From Eledone cirrhosa (taxonomy: Eukaryota), in NCBI GenBank assembly GCA_964016885.1, contig OZ024741.1, forward strand, positions 374,480,001-374,544,000: a DNA stretch of 64,000 nucleotides. Reading direction: 5' to 3'. This document shows, piece after piece, positions 45,192 to 56,800 of the stretch. A program made the position numbers and the translations under genes. The notes under the pieces were generated by a model. The model made no database searches and had not been told where the DNA came from. It was given only the letters and a program-made list of their open reading frames with translations. Positions within the stretch are counted from its first letter, which is position 1. Each line of letters starts with the position of its first letter.

Positions 45192-45265
45192 CAGATTAAA
45201 GTTTAAGCAAAGAATCGCTGCTTTCACCCTTAACGGGATCTTCTGAAACTAACAAAGTCAATCTG
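45192..45265 (-). ncRNA. Core-variant type-I hammerhead-like fold (CAGAAGA instead of CUGANGA) at the PLE 3' end
   Basis: aguuu CAGAAGA uccc-guuaa-gggu GAAA gcag-cgauucu-uugc UU aaacu. Stems I, II and III all pair, and there is an outer helix cagauuga/uuaaucug. Confidence 0.55.
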
Positions 45266-46028
45266 TAAACGCAGAACTGGATATTTCAAAAAACGTTGCA
45301 ACCGGAGGAAGACAGGAAGACGATACTTTGGTTCGTGGTAACGTTCGCTGGCAAAGAACGGGGAAAAAACGAATAATACGTCATTAATAGGAGCGGTGAA
45401 AAACAATTACGCGCAAAGACAGAACCACGTTTATGGTATAAAAGAGGTCGTAGACTAATGTTCTCTTAGGTGGTGCATAGAGACGTTCTCTGGCAATGAA
45501 CGAAAAAACGAAGATAATAAGTCAAATGTGGAGCGTGGAGAACAATAGCACGCAAAGACAAAATCACGTAAATGATAAGCAGAAGTCGTAGACTAAAATT
45601 CTAACTAGGAGACCAAATGAATCTCCGCTACAGAGTTAAGAACAAAGTAAATAAATACAATACAGAAGTAATAGAAACAAATAAATACATACACGCAAAC
45701 AGATACGTACATACACAAGCATACGCAAAGAATGTTCGGAGACGTAAGTCAACTAAAACAAGAAGTACACATATACACACACCCACCATACGTACGAACC
45801 TGCATACTCACGCAGACGCAAAACTCCCGTATACACATAGCCAAACCCTAAATACCAGAATATGTAAAAATTATACGCCATAACAGTCAAATATACGTAC
45901 GAGAAGGTATACATACCTTCACAAAACATACGGGTAATATATACTTACCTATGCAAATAAGTAAAGGAATAAACAAACATATACTTAGCTCCCACATCAA
46001 GACGTAAACTATCCACGTATAGATCGTG

Positions 46029-47618
46029 CTATCCGTTAGGGTATAACGTGGGGCTGTAATACAGGAAAGTTTTGTGCAATTTATGTTTACAAGCCGAAAT
46101 TGCCTCAGATTTTTTGTTTAAGATGTGGTCTGTGGCGTAGAGTATTTCCAGGGCCTCAGCGGCGCAGAGGTCACATGGTCTTTTATTTCCGTTATACGAT
46201 CTAGCCCTAGCTAGGATCTCCCAGTGTAACTTATATTGGGTGTGGTTGTCTTTTAGACTCCAGATATAAGCTGAAAGTGACGTCATATTCCTTCTAAGAG
46301 GGTAACGAAAAGAATGGGTATGCATGTAAAGACGCTGCTTGAAACTATTGGCGGTTAACCCTATGTAGTCCCTACGGGACGTGGGTGTTACAACCTTACA
46401 TTTGTAGACAATGTTACTAGAGAGGCATTTCCCGGAAAGGGGGCAATCAGCCCGATTCCTACAATTACAGTTAGTACTAACTACAGGGTTGCACGTGTTC
46501 CTACGGCTAGGTAGTTTAGCTAAATTTGAAGCTGTGATGTTATGTGCAAGGTTAGGAGTCGTAGAGTAAGAAATTTTAATAGTATTTCTATTAAAAATTT
46601 TACTATATTTATGTGTAGGGGGAAAATGCTTCGTAATAAGGGAAAGAAAGATCTTAGCTAATGGTGTGGCCACCTCCATATTATATGGTGGGTTAAACCA
46701 ACAAATGCGACGGGATCTATTTCTTCTAGGTCTATTTTCGTACTCAGTATATGCTACCTTATCGACAAATCCACTTCGAGCAAGAGCTTCATTGTAATAA
46801 GTGGAATGGTCGTTGAAAATGCGCCCGTTGGTGGAAAGACGGGAAAGCATCAACGAAACGTTTCTTACCAGGTTCTTGGTTATGCTGGCAGGATGGTTGG
46901 AATGCTTACTTATGTAATTAAGCGTATCATTCGGCTTTCTATACGGGTAATACAACCCATTCAATAAATTGAGGGTAACGTCGAGGTAATTAACGACCGA
47001 GAGATTGGCCTCAACCTGTATAGAGAGGTTGAAGCCTTTAAAGAAGGCTGTGAGTTCTTTTCTGAACCTGTCGCAAGCACGAGGTCCGCACTTAGTCATG
47101 GTCAAAAGACCATCGTCACGGTACAAACCACCGCCCGCGTTGGGGAATTCGTCCTTGATAGAGAAAAGAAGGAAAAGGCCAATAAGATCAGTAACCTCCG
47201 CAGAGTCACTGGCGCCCATACTCACGTCGAATGGGGTACTATTGGATTTTTTAATCCAAATAGAATCGTCGAAATTAATCACCGACTTTCGGGCATTAAG
47301 GATGACATCAACTTCAAAATCCTTAACCACTGTGAGTGTTTTAGCGAAATTGATAGCTCTAAGGAGAAGTGGTAAAGTGATGGAGGAGTAGTAATTGTTG
47401 ATGTCGAATTGGATAAAACGGCAATGTTCCTTGTTACATATGCCGTTGAACCAATCAATCACCGCGAAAGAATTGTTCCACAGTGCGAGAGGGGCCAAAC
47501 TTCTAATTTCAGGTATAATTCTATCAAGAATCGTTTTACCAAGTCTACCTAAATCGGACTTCGTAGGGTTAATAAGCCGAATAGAGGGGTTGTTCGGAAA
47601 ATTGGATTTGTGATCCTC
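46029..47618 (-). CDS. PLE polyprotein (RT, Cys-rich linker, GIY-YIG endonuclease), N-terminally truncated
   Basis: Open frame EDHKSNFPNNPSIRLINP...FDINNYYSSI...VSMGAS...GLYRDDGL...NYLDVTL...CNCRNRADCPLSGKC...NIVYKC...DYIGLT...FKQR...H...CDLC...E...CKH. The annotated ORF is 46029-47498, and the frame stays open to 47618. Confidence 0.9.
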   Translation of the reverse strand, partial: EDHKSNFPNNPSIRLINPTKSDLGRLGKTILDRIIPEIRSLAPLALWNNSFAVIDWFNGICNKEHCRFIQFDINNYYSSITLPLLLRAINFAKTLTVVKDFEVDVILNARKSVINFDDSIWIKKSNSTPFDVSMGASDSAEVTDLIGLFLLFSIKDEFPNAGGGLYRDDGLLTMTKCGPRACDRFRKELTAFFKGFNLSIQVEANLSVVNYLDVTLNLLNGLYYPYRKPNDTLNYISKHSNHPASITKNLVRNVSLMLSRLSTNGRIFNDHSTYYNEALARSGFVDKVAYTEYENRPRRNRSRRICWFNPPYNMEVATPLAKIFLSLITKHFPPTHKYSKIFNRNTIKISYSTTPNLAHNITASNLAKLPSRRNTCNPVVSTNCNCRNRADCPLSGKCLSSNIVYKCKVVTPTSRRDYIGLTANSFKQRLYMHTHSFRYPLRRNMTSLSAYIWSLKDNHTQYKLHWEILARARSYNGNKRPCDLCAAEALEILYATDHILNKKSEAISACKHKLHKTFLYYSPTLYPNG

Positions 47619-47686
47619 TTATATATTTGATATATATTTTCCTTATCGAGCCCTCTTTGGATTTTAGTCTTCAATTTTATTATTAT

Positions 47687-47724
<38 letters not shown>

Positions 47725-47726
<2 letters not shown>

Positions 47727-48100
47727 TGTGTGCAGGAGAGGAGATTGCATTGGTATGGACATGTGTTGCGTATGAAAAATGGCAGCTGCATAAAAAAGTG
47801 CAGAGTGCTCAAAGTCGTTGGAAGCCTCGGAGTGGGGAGACTCAGGAAGACTTGGGATGAGGTAATAAAAGCTGACCTTGCCCAATTGCACCTCTCAAAG
47901 GCGATAACATATGACCGGGATCTCTGGCAATACACAGTAATAAAGAAGACCAGACTTCCCACAAGTACAAGCTGAAGCATATGTACAGTATGCCGCAGCC
48001 CACACTGTAAAGTGGACATGTAAAAGACATGGCAAAAAGCACCCATCACACACAGTCAATGTGGTTGGCATTAGGAAGGGCATCCAGCTGTAGGAAACCA
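47725..48100 (+). mobile_element. RTE 3' fragment
   Basis: Translation VQERRLHWYGHVLRMK...KTWDEVIKADL...KTRLP, and a UTR with the ttaggaagggcatccag motif. Confidence 0.85.
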
Positions 48101-48167
48101 GATATTTGAAATAATTAAATAGAATTTTTTTAGTCTTTTAGTCTTTTACAGGTCATGCTGGGGCACA

Positions 48168-50910
48168 ATCATCATCATCATCATCATCATCACTGTTTTA
48201 CGTCCGTTCTTCCACGCTAGCATGGGTTAGACGGGTTGTCCTGTTGTGGGCAGTGTCTGGTCGGCTGACCATGCCTTGCTCATACAGGAACTGATTTGGC
48301 TTGATTTCTACAGCTGGATGCCCTTCCTAACACCAACCTCATTTACAGTGAGTGCTGGGTGCTTTTTCGTGGCACCTACACGTCCACTTTACAGTGTGGG
48401 CTGGGTGCTTTTTTTGCCGTGGCACCTCCACGACCACCTTGCGGTGGGGGGTGGGGGGTGGGGGGCATATTGTCTATATGCTTCAGCTTGTACCCATGGG
48501 AGGTCGGGTACTCTGTATTACTGCGTGACGCCAGAAGTCACGGTCGTGTGTCATTGCCTTTGAGAGGTGTAATTGGGTAAGGTCGGCTTTTATCACCTCA
48601 TCCCAGGTCATCTTGGGTCTCCCCACTCCGCGGTTTCCATCAACTTCTAGTGCTCTGCACCTTTTTATGCAGCTGTCATCCTTCATACGCATCACATGTC
48701 CATACCAGCGCAACCGCCTCTCCTGCACACAGCATTTGATTCTTCTTATGCTCAGTCTCTCTCTCAATTCATTTATGCTTTGTCGTTCACGTATATTACT
48801 GTTACACATCCATCGGAGCATGCAGGCTTCGTTTCTCTCTAATCTACGTAAGTCTTCCACCTTCAGCGCCCAGGTCTCACTACCATGCAACATTGCTGTG
48901 CGGATACACGCATCATACAGTCTGCCTTTCATTCTGAGGGAGAAGCCTTTTGCAGCTAGCAGTGGTAGTAGTTCCCTAAACTTCTTTCATCTCGTTCTTA
49001 CCTTAGTTATTGTACTTTCTGAACACCCACCTCCGCTGCTAATTCGGTCAACTAGGTAGCAGAAGCTGTCTACTGTTTCTACAGAGCCCTCCCAGAGATT
49101 GGTGGTACTTGTTTCCTGTGGCTGTTTGCTGCTTGCTGTCTCAGCACAGCTGCTGCATGTGAAGCCTACATTCTTAATTAAGCTTCCTGAGATCCCGCTA
49201 CATCTCTTGTGTACCCATTGTTTGCATTTGGGGCAGAGAATGGAGTTCCTACCTACACCTTTCCTACATACTGAGCAAGGCCATTTCCCTGAGGGGATCT
49301 GGGTTCTGTTTTCTCGTCTACTTACAAGGACCTTAGTCTTTGTCATGTTGACTTTGAGACCCTTTCTTTCTAGTCCCTGCTTCCAAGTTTGGAATTTATT
49401 CTCTAGTTCTACCATAGATTCAGCTATGAGTGCGAGGTCATCAGCATACAGGAGTTCCCATGGGCATCCAGTCTTAAACTCCTCCGTTATTGCCTGCAGG
49501 ACTATGATGAACAGGAGGGGGCTAAGAACAGAGCCCTGGTGGACCCCAACCTGTACGCTAAATTCCTCGCTATACTCATTGCTAATCCTAACTTTGCTGA
49601 CTGCTCCCCTATACATGGCTTGTACCGCTTTCACAAGCCATTCATCTACTCCTAGTTTTCTAAGAACCCACCAGATTACAGCACGTGGAACTCTGTCAAA
49701 GGCTTTCTCAAGGTCGACAAATGCCAAGTAGAGTGGCTTACTTTTAGCTAGGTACTTTTCCTGTAATTGCCTCATAAGGAAGAGGGCATCAGTGGTGCCT
49801 CTTCCTGGTACAAACCCAAATTGCATCTCGTCTATTTTCACCCGGTCCCTAATCAACTGTGCTATAACTCTTTCTGTTACTTTCATGACCTGGTCCATCA
49901 ACTTTATACCTCTATAGTTTCCTCTATCTAGTGCATCGCCTTTACCTTTGTAACAGTTGACAATGATGCTACTGCACCAATCTTTTGGTATGGCACCTTC
50001 TAGTATTACCTGGTTAACAATACGTGTGGTTATAGTGTGACCTACAGACCCAGATGCCTTCAGCATCTCGGCAGCTATACCCGATGGACCGGTTGCCTTC
50101 CCCATCTTCATATCTTTGATTGCCTTACTTACTACGCTGCTGCCGACTTGTACTGCTGGTCCCTCTATAGGGTCTACTTGGGGTAGGGTCTCTTCTTCCC
50201 ATGCATTCTCCTCATTTAGTAATCTACCATAATGACTCTTCCATGCATCTTTCTTCTCAGCACTTGTGAGGGCAAGCTCACCTTTATCATTCCGGATACA
50301 CTTCTCTCCAATGACATCACAACTATCTCTGACACACTGCCTTGCAATCTTGAATACCTCCTGTTTCTGGTCCTCACGTTGCAAAACATGCTTGAATTTT
50401 CTATCCTCTGATTCCCTCCTAGCTAAGTATACTTGTCGCCTAGCTTCCCTCTTGGTCTTTATGTAATGTACCCTGCTCCCCCCGTTCTTCCATTCTTTCC
50501 ATGCCTGTCTCTTGGCCTTAACTGCTTCATCTACCTTATTGTTCCACCACCAAGTCACTCTCCTCCTGCTTGAGGTCTTACTCCAGCCACAGACCTCATC
50601 CGTCGCCTCTAGTAAATTATTTTTTAGGAACTCCCAGTTCTCTTCTACATTAAATGTCTCTATCTGTTCTTCTTTACTGTCGTAGGCGTTGAGTAAAATA
50701 TCTTTAAATCTGTTACTGGTTGAGGGGACTTTCAGCTTCCAGATCTTTCTTCTCCAGGTTGGCCTCTGTTTCCGGGTTCGTCTAGTTCTGACCGTGAGGT
50801 CGCTGACAACTAAGCTATGTTGGGATGTACATTCCTCACTAGGGAAGGCTTTTGTGTTTACGACCGTCCATCTATCACGTCCTCTGATGAGGATAAAATC
50901 TAACTGACTC
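48168..50910 (-). mobile_element. RTE LINE (family A-related), 5'-truncated within the endonuclease, with a nonsense codon near 48987
   Basis: ORFs 48987-50558 and 48483-48932 contain the full RT motif set and the C4HC3 finger. (CAT)n tail at 48168. Confidence 0.93.
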
Positions 50911-52989
50911 TGATGAGGATAAAATCTTGAAGGGATTTAGTTGATCATCTGATATTAATCTCAGTACATAATTTTTTCAGGCGGTTTCTGCCTAGCAAAT
51001 TTCACTTACAGATCATTGCTAAACCTGATGTTATAGTAGAAATTTCACTCACAACACTAAACACTCAAAGTGCCATGCAGAAAGGAAGAATCCCAAACCT
51101 TATGGTTGCAAAACAAACTCATTAACCACATGGCCATGTTCAAATCTACATGAACAATTTTCATTAATATTTTTATTGTTTCAAAATTTCCAATCATACA
51201 ATGTAATTTTTAGAGTTAATGAAATTAATTTGGGTGACATTTCTTTTCAGCATTCTACAAAGTAAATAGTTAAAATGTTAAAGCTGCATTAAATGTTTAA
51301 GCTGCATTGTTATTCTTATATTCTACAATGTTTGTAGTTTGTGGTTGTAAATTTTACATTTCAGTTATTTCAATAAAAAACAATGTTAACCTTTCCTTAC
51401 CATATTTCCATTGAAAGACACTGCCTATGATTTTCTGGCATTTTATCATGGCACCAGTACTAGGGAGGTTATCATATGGTAGCGTTCAAATCCTGCAGAC
51501 GTCAAATTTTCTTTTCAACCTTTCCGTGTCTGGAAGCTGTGCCCAGATCTGGAGGAAAAAGGTTCTGCCAAGTTAAAAATATGCCCAGGTTAAAAAATGC
51601 TGAAGTGTATCACCTTTACAATTCTATCAGGAGATATGAACCCATGCATGCATACATAACTCAATTGGACATTTTAAAATCTATCTGTGCTCTGCCCCCC
51701 TCCATTTCATTATCAGAGTATCTCTGAAATAATGCTACTTTATAGAGTGTACAGGGTCGGACTTTCACCTACTGAGGCCCTAAGCTATATGAAATTTGAG
51801 GCCCCTCTCTAAAAATATTTTTGTAAAAAGATTTCGAATAATCATCATCTTCATCATTATTATTGATTAACATCTATCTTCCACGCTAGTATGGGTTAGA
51901 CGGGTTGTCCCATTTAGAGGCAAGTTGGGTCGGGTGACTGTGTCTCGCTCATATAGGAGAGTTTCTGGCTGGTTTTCTATGGCTGGATGCCCTTCTTAAT
52001 GCCAACCACATTTACAGTGTGTGCTGGGTGCTTTTTGTCGTGACACCTACACGATCACTTTACTGTGTGGGCTGCATGTTCTTTATAGTGTGGACAGGGC
52101 ACCTCTGTTGTGTCACCGATACAAAACAGTGGGGCCTGGGCACTTTTGTCTTGGGACTAGGGAGGGTGGAGGGGATTGGGAAAAATGTGGTCAGGGTAGT
52201 AGGGGAGGTATGATTACCACTGACAGAGGTGAAGGAGAGGGGATAGAAGGTTGAGGAAGGTGTTGCCTACTAGGTATAAGCCTTTACATGATTATTAATT
52301 ATATATATATATATAATTTTTTATGATTTAGTGTTAAAGAATTAAATAAACTAATGGTATCCAGCTGTAGAAATCAAGCCAGAATCAGTTCCCGTCCCAC
52401 CCTTGCAAGCAGGGAAAAGCGGACATAAAAATGATGATGATAAATGATAAAATAAAACTATATTTAGGGTGTGTGACCCTAAGCTATAGCTTACTTAGCT
52501 TATACCTAAGTCTGGCACTGAGGGAATTGCTCCAGGTAGAGCTGCTACATCTTCACATCAAGAGATCACAGTTTTGGTATTGCAGGCAAGTGGTTAGATT
52601 GTCTATAGAAAGAATCACTGTACAGATTTTATGGGCAAAGCCAAACAGCATGGAACCCAGAGGTGGATTACATGCAATATAGTTGGATAACATCCATAAC
52701 CATAGTTGGTCTCGTTTGAGCATCCAGCCAGATCATTTGGAAACAGTTGCTTCTGATCTGGAAAGCATGAGAACTCTGCTCCCACAACCTACTCAGGGAT
52801 AAGTTGGTGAGGAAGATGATGAAGAAGAATATACAAAGAAGAATTCTGTTTTATTTAATCTTAAGTTAATAACTATTTTTATAAATCTATTTGAAAATGT
52901 CTACATGTCATGTAATAACATCAATCAGGATAATGTCTCTCGCTCTCCCCATCTCTCATTATTATAAGCAAATGGGGCCCCATGCGCTG

Positions 52990-53530
52990 GCTGCCCTGTG
53001 GCCCCGGCGGACAGAATAGAGATGGCGTTTCCCTGGAGGATGGTGAGGGGGAGGCATTGGAAGAGCCATTCCAGCTCGCGAGGCTCACACCTGCAGGTAG
53101 CCAACTCTATACTGATGGTGGTGAGTAGGGAGGTGGTCCAATGGCCAAGTACATCAGAAGTCTTCACTGCTACAGGCTTGAATGCTAACCTGTCGGAGAG
53201 TGACTGATATTTGAAGAGTTTACCCTCCTTGGCCAGAAGTGTAGTAGAGCCTGGGTTAGTTGCAGACTGCACCACGTTGCCCCTGGAGAATGTGTTGCTG
53301 CATGTGGCATCCCAGATGAGGGGTTTACCATTGCGGAACAGGAAGATGGTTATGCCATCTGGCCTTTGGCTGTCCCCTCAGTCCAGCTCCATTGGTTCGA
53401 GTTGGGAAGGGAAGCCTGCAGCATTCATGCTATGCTTTATAATCTCATTGAGAGCAGCATGGTGTGGAAAGCAGCCAGTACTGTAGCAACAGGGCAGCAG
53501 GTGGAGGCCGAAAGAGTCTAGGGTGGATCC
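52990..53530 (-). pseudogene. Remnant of an RLE-type (CRE-like) non-LTR retrotransposon endonuclease domain
   Basis: Minus-strand fragments HHAALNEII...AAGFPSQLEP, RPDGITI...GKPLIWDATC, K..KYQSL, FKPVAV.T..VLG and LFQ.L..I.QGNA follow the RH...RPD...D...K pattern of restriction-like endonucleases. Confidence 0.7.
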
Positions 53531-53834
53531 ACAATTTTCAGAATTAACAGTCATTTCATTATTTTGTATAAACACCATTAATATTTTACGCATGTAACAT
53601 TTTTTCTGATGTTATGCTCCCCAAATTAACCTTTATATGATAGTTATTGTATAAGCACAATGAATTTTTTTTCAGGGTAGGTGTTCCATCACCTACATCA
53701 CAGGTTCTCAACCCATTTAGGTCAAACGCCCCCTTTTGTCCCTCGAAATCACGAAACGCGCCCCTCCCCACCCTATTTTTCCATTTTTAGATATACTACT
53801 ATCAGTAGATTACTAAACAGTTGATTAACAATAA

Positions 53835-56800
53835 AGATGTGTGTATTATCTGATTATGTGTTGTATGTGGTCCTAGACGTGTGTATTATCTGATTATGTG
53901 TTGTATGTGGTCCTAGACGTGTGTATTATCTGATTATGTGTTGTATGTGGTGCTAGATGTGTGTATTATCTGATTATGTGTTGTATGTGGTCCTAGATGT
54001 GTGTATTATCTGATTATGTGTTGTATGTGGTCCTAGACGTGTGTATTATCTGATTATGTGTTGTATGTGGTCCTAGATGTGTGTATTATCTGATTATGTG
54101 TTGTATGTGGTCCTAGACGTGTGTATTATCTGATTATGTGTTGTATGTGGTCCTAGATGTGTGTATTATCTGATTATGTGTTGTGTGTGGTCCTAGATGT
54201 GTGTATTATCTGATTATGTGTTGTATGTGGTCCTAGATGTGTGTATTATCTGATTATGTGTTGTATGTGGTCCTAGATGTGTGTATTATCTGATTATGTG
54301 TTGTATGTGGTCCTAGACGTGTGTATTATCTGATTATGTGTTGTATGTGGTCCTAGATGTGTGTATTATCTGATTATGTGTTGTATGTGGTCCTAGACGT
54401 GTGTATTATCTGATTATGTGTTGTATGTGGTCCTAGATGTGTGTATTATCTGATTATGTGTTGTGTGTGGTCCTAGACGTGTGTATTATCTGATTATGTG
54501 TTGTATGTGGTCCTAGATGTGTGTATTATCTGATTATGTGTTGTATGTGGTCCTAGACGTGTGTATTATCTGATTATGTGTTGTATGTGGTCCTAGATGT
54601 GTGTATTATCTGATTATGTGTTGTATGTGGTCCTAGACGTGTGTATTATCTGATTATGTGTTGTATGTGGTCCTAGATGTGTGTATTATCTGATTATGTG
54701 TTGTGTGTGGTCCTAGACGTGTGTATTATCTGATTATGTGTTGTATGTGGTCCTAGACGTGTGTATTATCTGATTATGTGTTGTATGTGGTCCTAGATGT
54801 GTGTATTATCTGATTATGTGTTGTATGTGGTCCTAGATGTGTGTATTATCTGATTATGTGTTGTATGTGGTCCTAGATGTGTGTATTATCTGATTATGTG
54901 TTGTATGTGGTCCTAGATGTGTGTATTATCTGATTATGTGTTGTGTGTGGTCCTAGACGTGTGTATTATCTGATTATGTGTTGTATGTGGTCCTAGACGT
55001 GTGTATTATCTGATTATGTGTTGTATGTGGTCCTAGATGTGTGTATTATCTGATTATGTGTTGTATGTGGTCCTAGATGTGTGTATTATCTGATTATGTG
55101 TTGTATGTGGTCCTAGATGTGTGTATTATCTGATTATGTGTTGTGTGTGGTCCTACACGTGTGTATTATCTGATTATGTGTTGTATGTGGTCCTAGACGT
55201 GTGTATTATCTGATTATGTGTTGTATGTGGTCCTAGATGTGTGTATTATCTGATTATGTGTTGTATGTGGTCCTAGATGTGTGTATTATCTGATTATGTG
55301 TTGTGTGTGGTCCTACACGTGTGTATTATCTGATTATGTGTTGTATGTGGTCCTAGACGTGTGTATTATCTGATTATGTGTTGTATGTGGTCCTAGATGT
55401 GTGTATTATCTGATTATGTGTTGTATGTGGTCCTAGATGTGTGTATTATCTGATTATGTGTTGTATGTGGTCCTAGATGTGTGTATTATCTGATTATGTG
55501 TTGTATGTGGTCCTAGATGTGTGTATTATCTGATTATGTGTTGTATGTGGTCCTAGACGTGTGTATTATCTGATTATGTGTTGTATGTGGTCCTAGATGT
55601 GTGTATTATCTGATTATGTGTTGTATGTGGTCCTAGATGTGTGTATTATCTGATTATGTGTTGTATGTGGTCCTAGATGTGTGTATTATCTGATTATGTG
55701 TTGTATGTGGTCCTAGATGTGTGTATTATCTGATTATGTGTTGTATGTGGTCCTAGACGTGTGTATTATCTGATTATGTGTTGTATGTGGTCCTAGATGT
55801 GTGTATTATCTGATTATGTGTTGTATGTGGTCCTAGATGTGTGTATTATCTGATTATGTGTTGTATGTGGTCCTAGATGTGTGTATTATCTGATTATGTG
55901 TTGTATGTGGTCCTAGATGTGTGTATTATCTGATTATGTGTTGTATGTGGTCCTAGATGTGTGTATTATCTGATTATGTGTTGTATGTGGTCCTAGATGT
56001 GTGTATTATCTGATTATGTGTTGTGTGTGGTCCTAGACGTGTGTATTATCTGATTATGTGTTGTATGTGGTCCTAGACGTGTGTATTATCTGATTATGTG
56101 TTGTATGTGGTCCTAGATGTGTGTATTATCTGATTATGTGTTGTATGTGGTCCTAGATGTGTGTATTATCTGATTATGTGTTGTATGTGGTCCTAGATGT
56201 GTGTATTATCTGATTATGTGTTGTATGTGGTCCTAGATGTGTGTATTATCTGATTATGTGTTGTGTGTGGTCCTAGACGTGTGTATTATCTGATTATGTG
56301 TTGTATGTGGTCCTAGACGTGTGTATTATCTGATTATGTGTTGTATGTGGTCCTAGATGTGTGTATTATCTGATTATGTGTTGTATGTGGTCCTAGATGT
56401 GTGTATTATCTGATTATGTGTTGTATGTGGTCCTAGATGTGTGTATTATCTGATTATGTGTTGTGTGTGGTCCTAGACGTGTGTATTATCTGATTATGTG
56501 TTGTATGTGGTCCTAGACGTGTGTATTATCTGATTATGTGTTGTATGTGGTCCTAGATGTGTGTATTATCTGATTATGTGTTGTATGTGGTCCTAGATGT
56601 GTGTATTATCTGATTATGTGTTGTATGTGGTCCTAGATGTGTGTATTATCTGATTATGTGTTGTATGTGGTCCTAGATGTGTGTATTATCTGATTATGTG
56701 TTGTATGTGGTCCTAGACGTGTGTATTATCTGATTATGTGTTGTATGTGGTCCTAGATGTGTGTATTATCTGATTATGTGTTGTATGTGGTCCTAGATGT

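Larger units (their letters stand above)
45176..47618 (-). mobile_element. Penelope-like element (RT + C-terminal GIY-YIG), 5'-truncated, with ~850-nt 3' region
   Basis: See the ORF below. AATAAA on the minus strand at ~45179-45184 immediately precedes (TA)n, and (TA)n also lies at 47691-47721. Confidence 0.9.

Noticed and set aside
50882-50927. Two CTGATGAG motifs as possible hammerheads
   Set aside because: A 20-bp duplication at the truncated 5' junction of the RTE (antisense endonuclease coding sequence). No stem II-GAAA or stem I follows.
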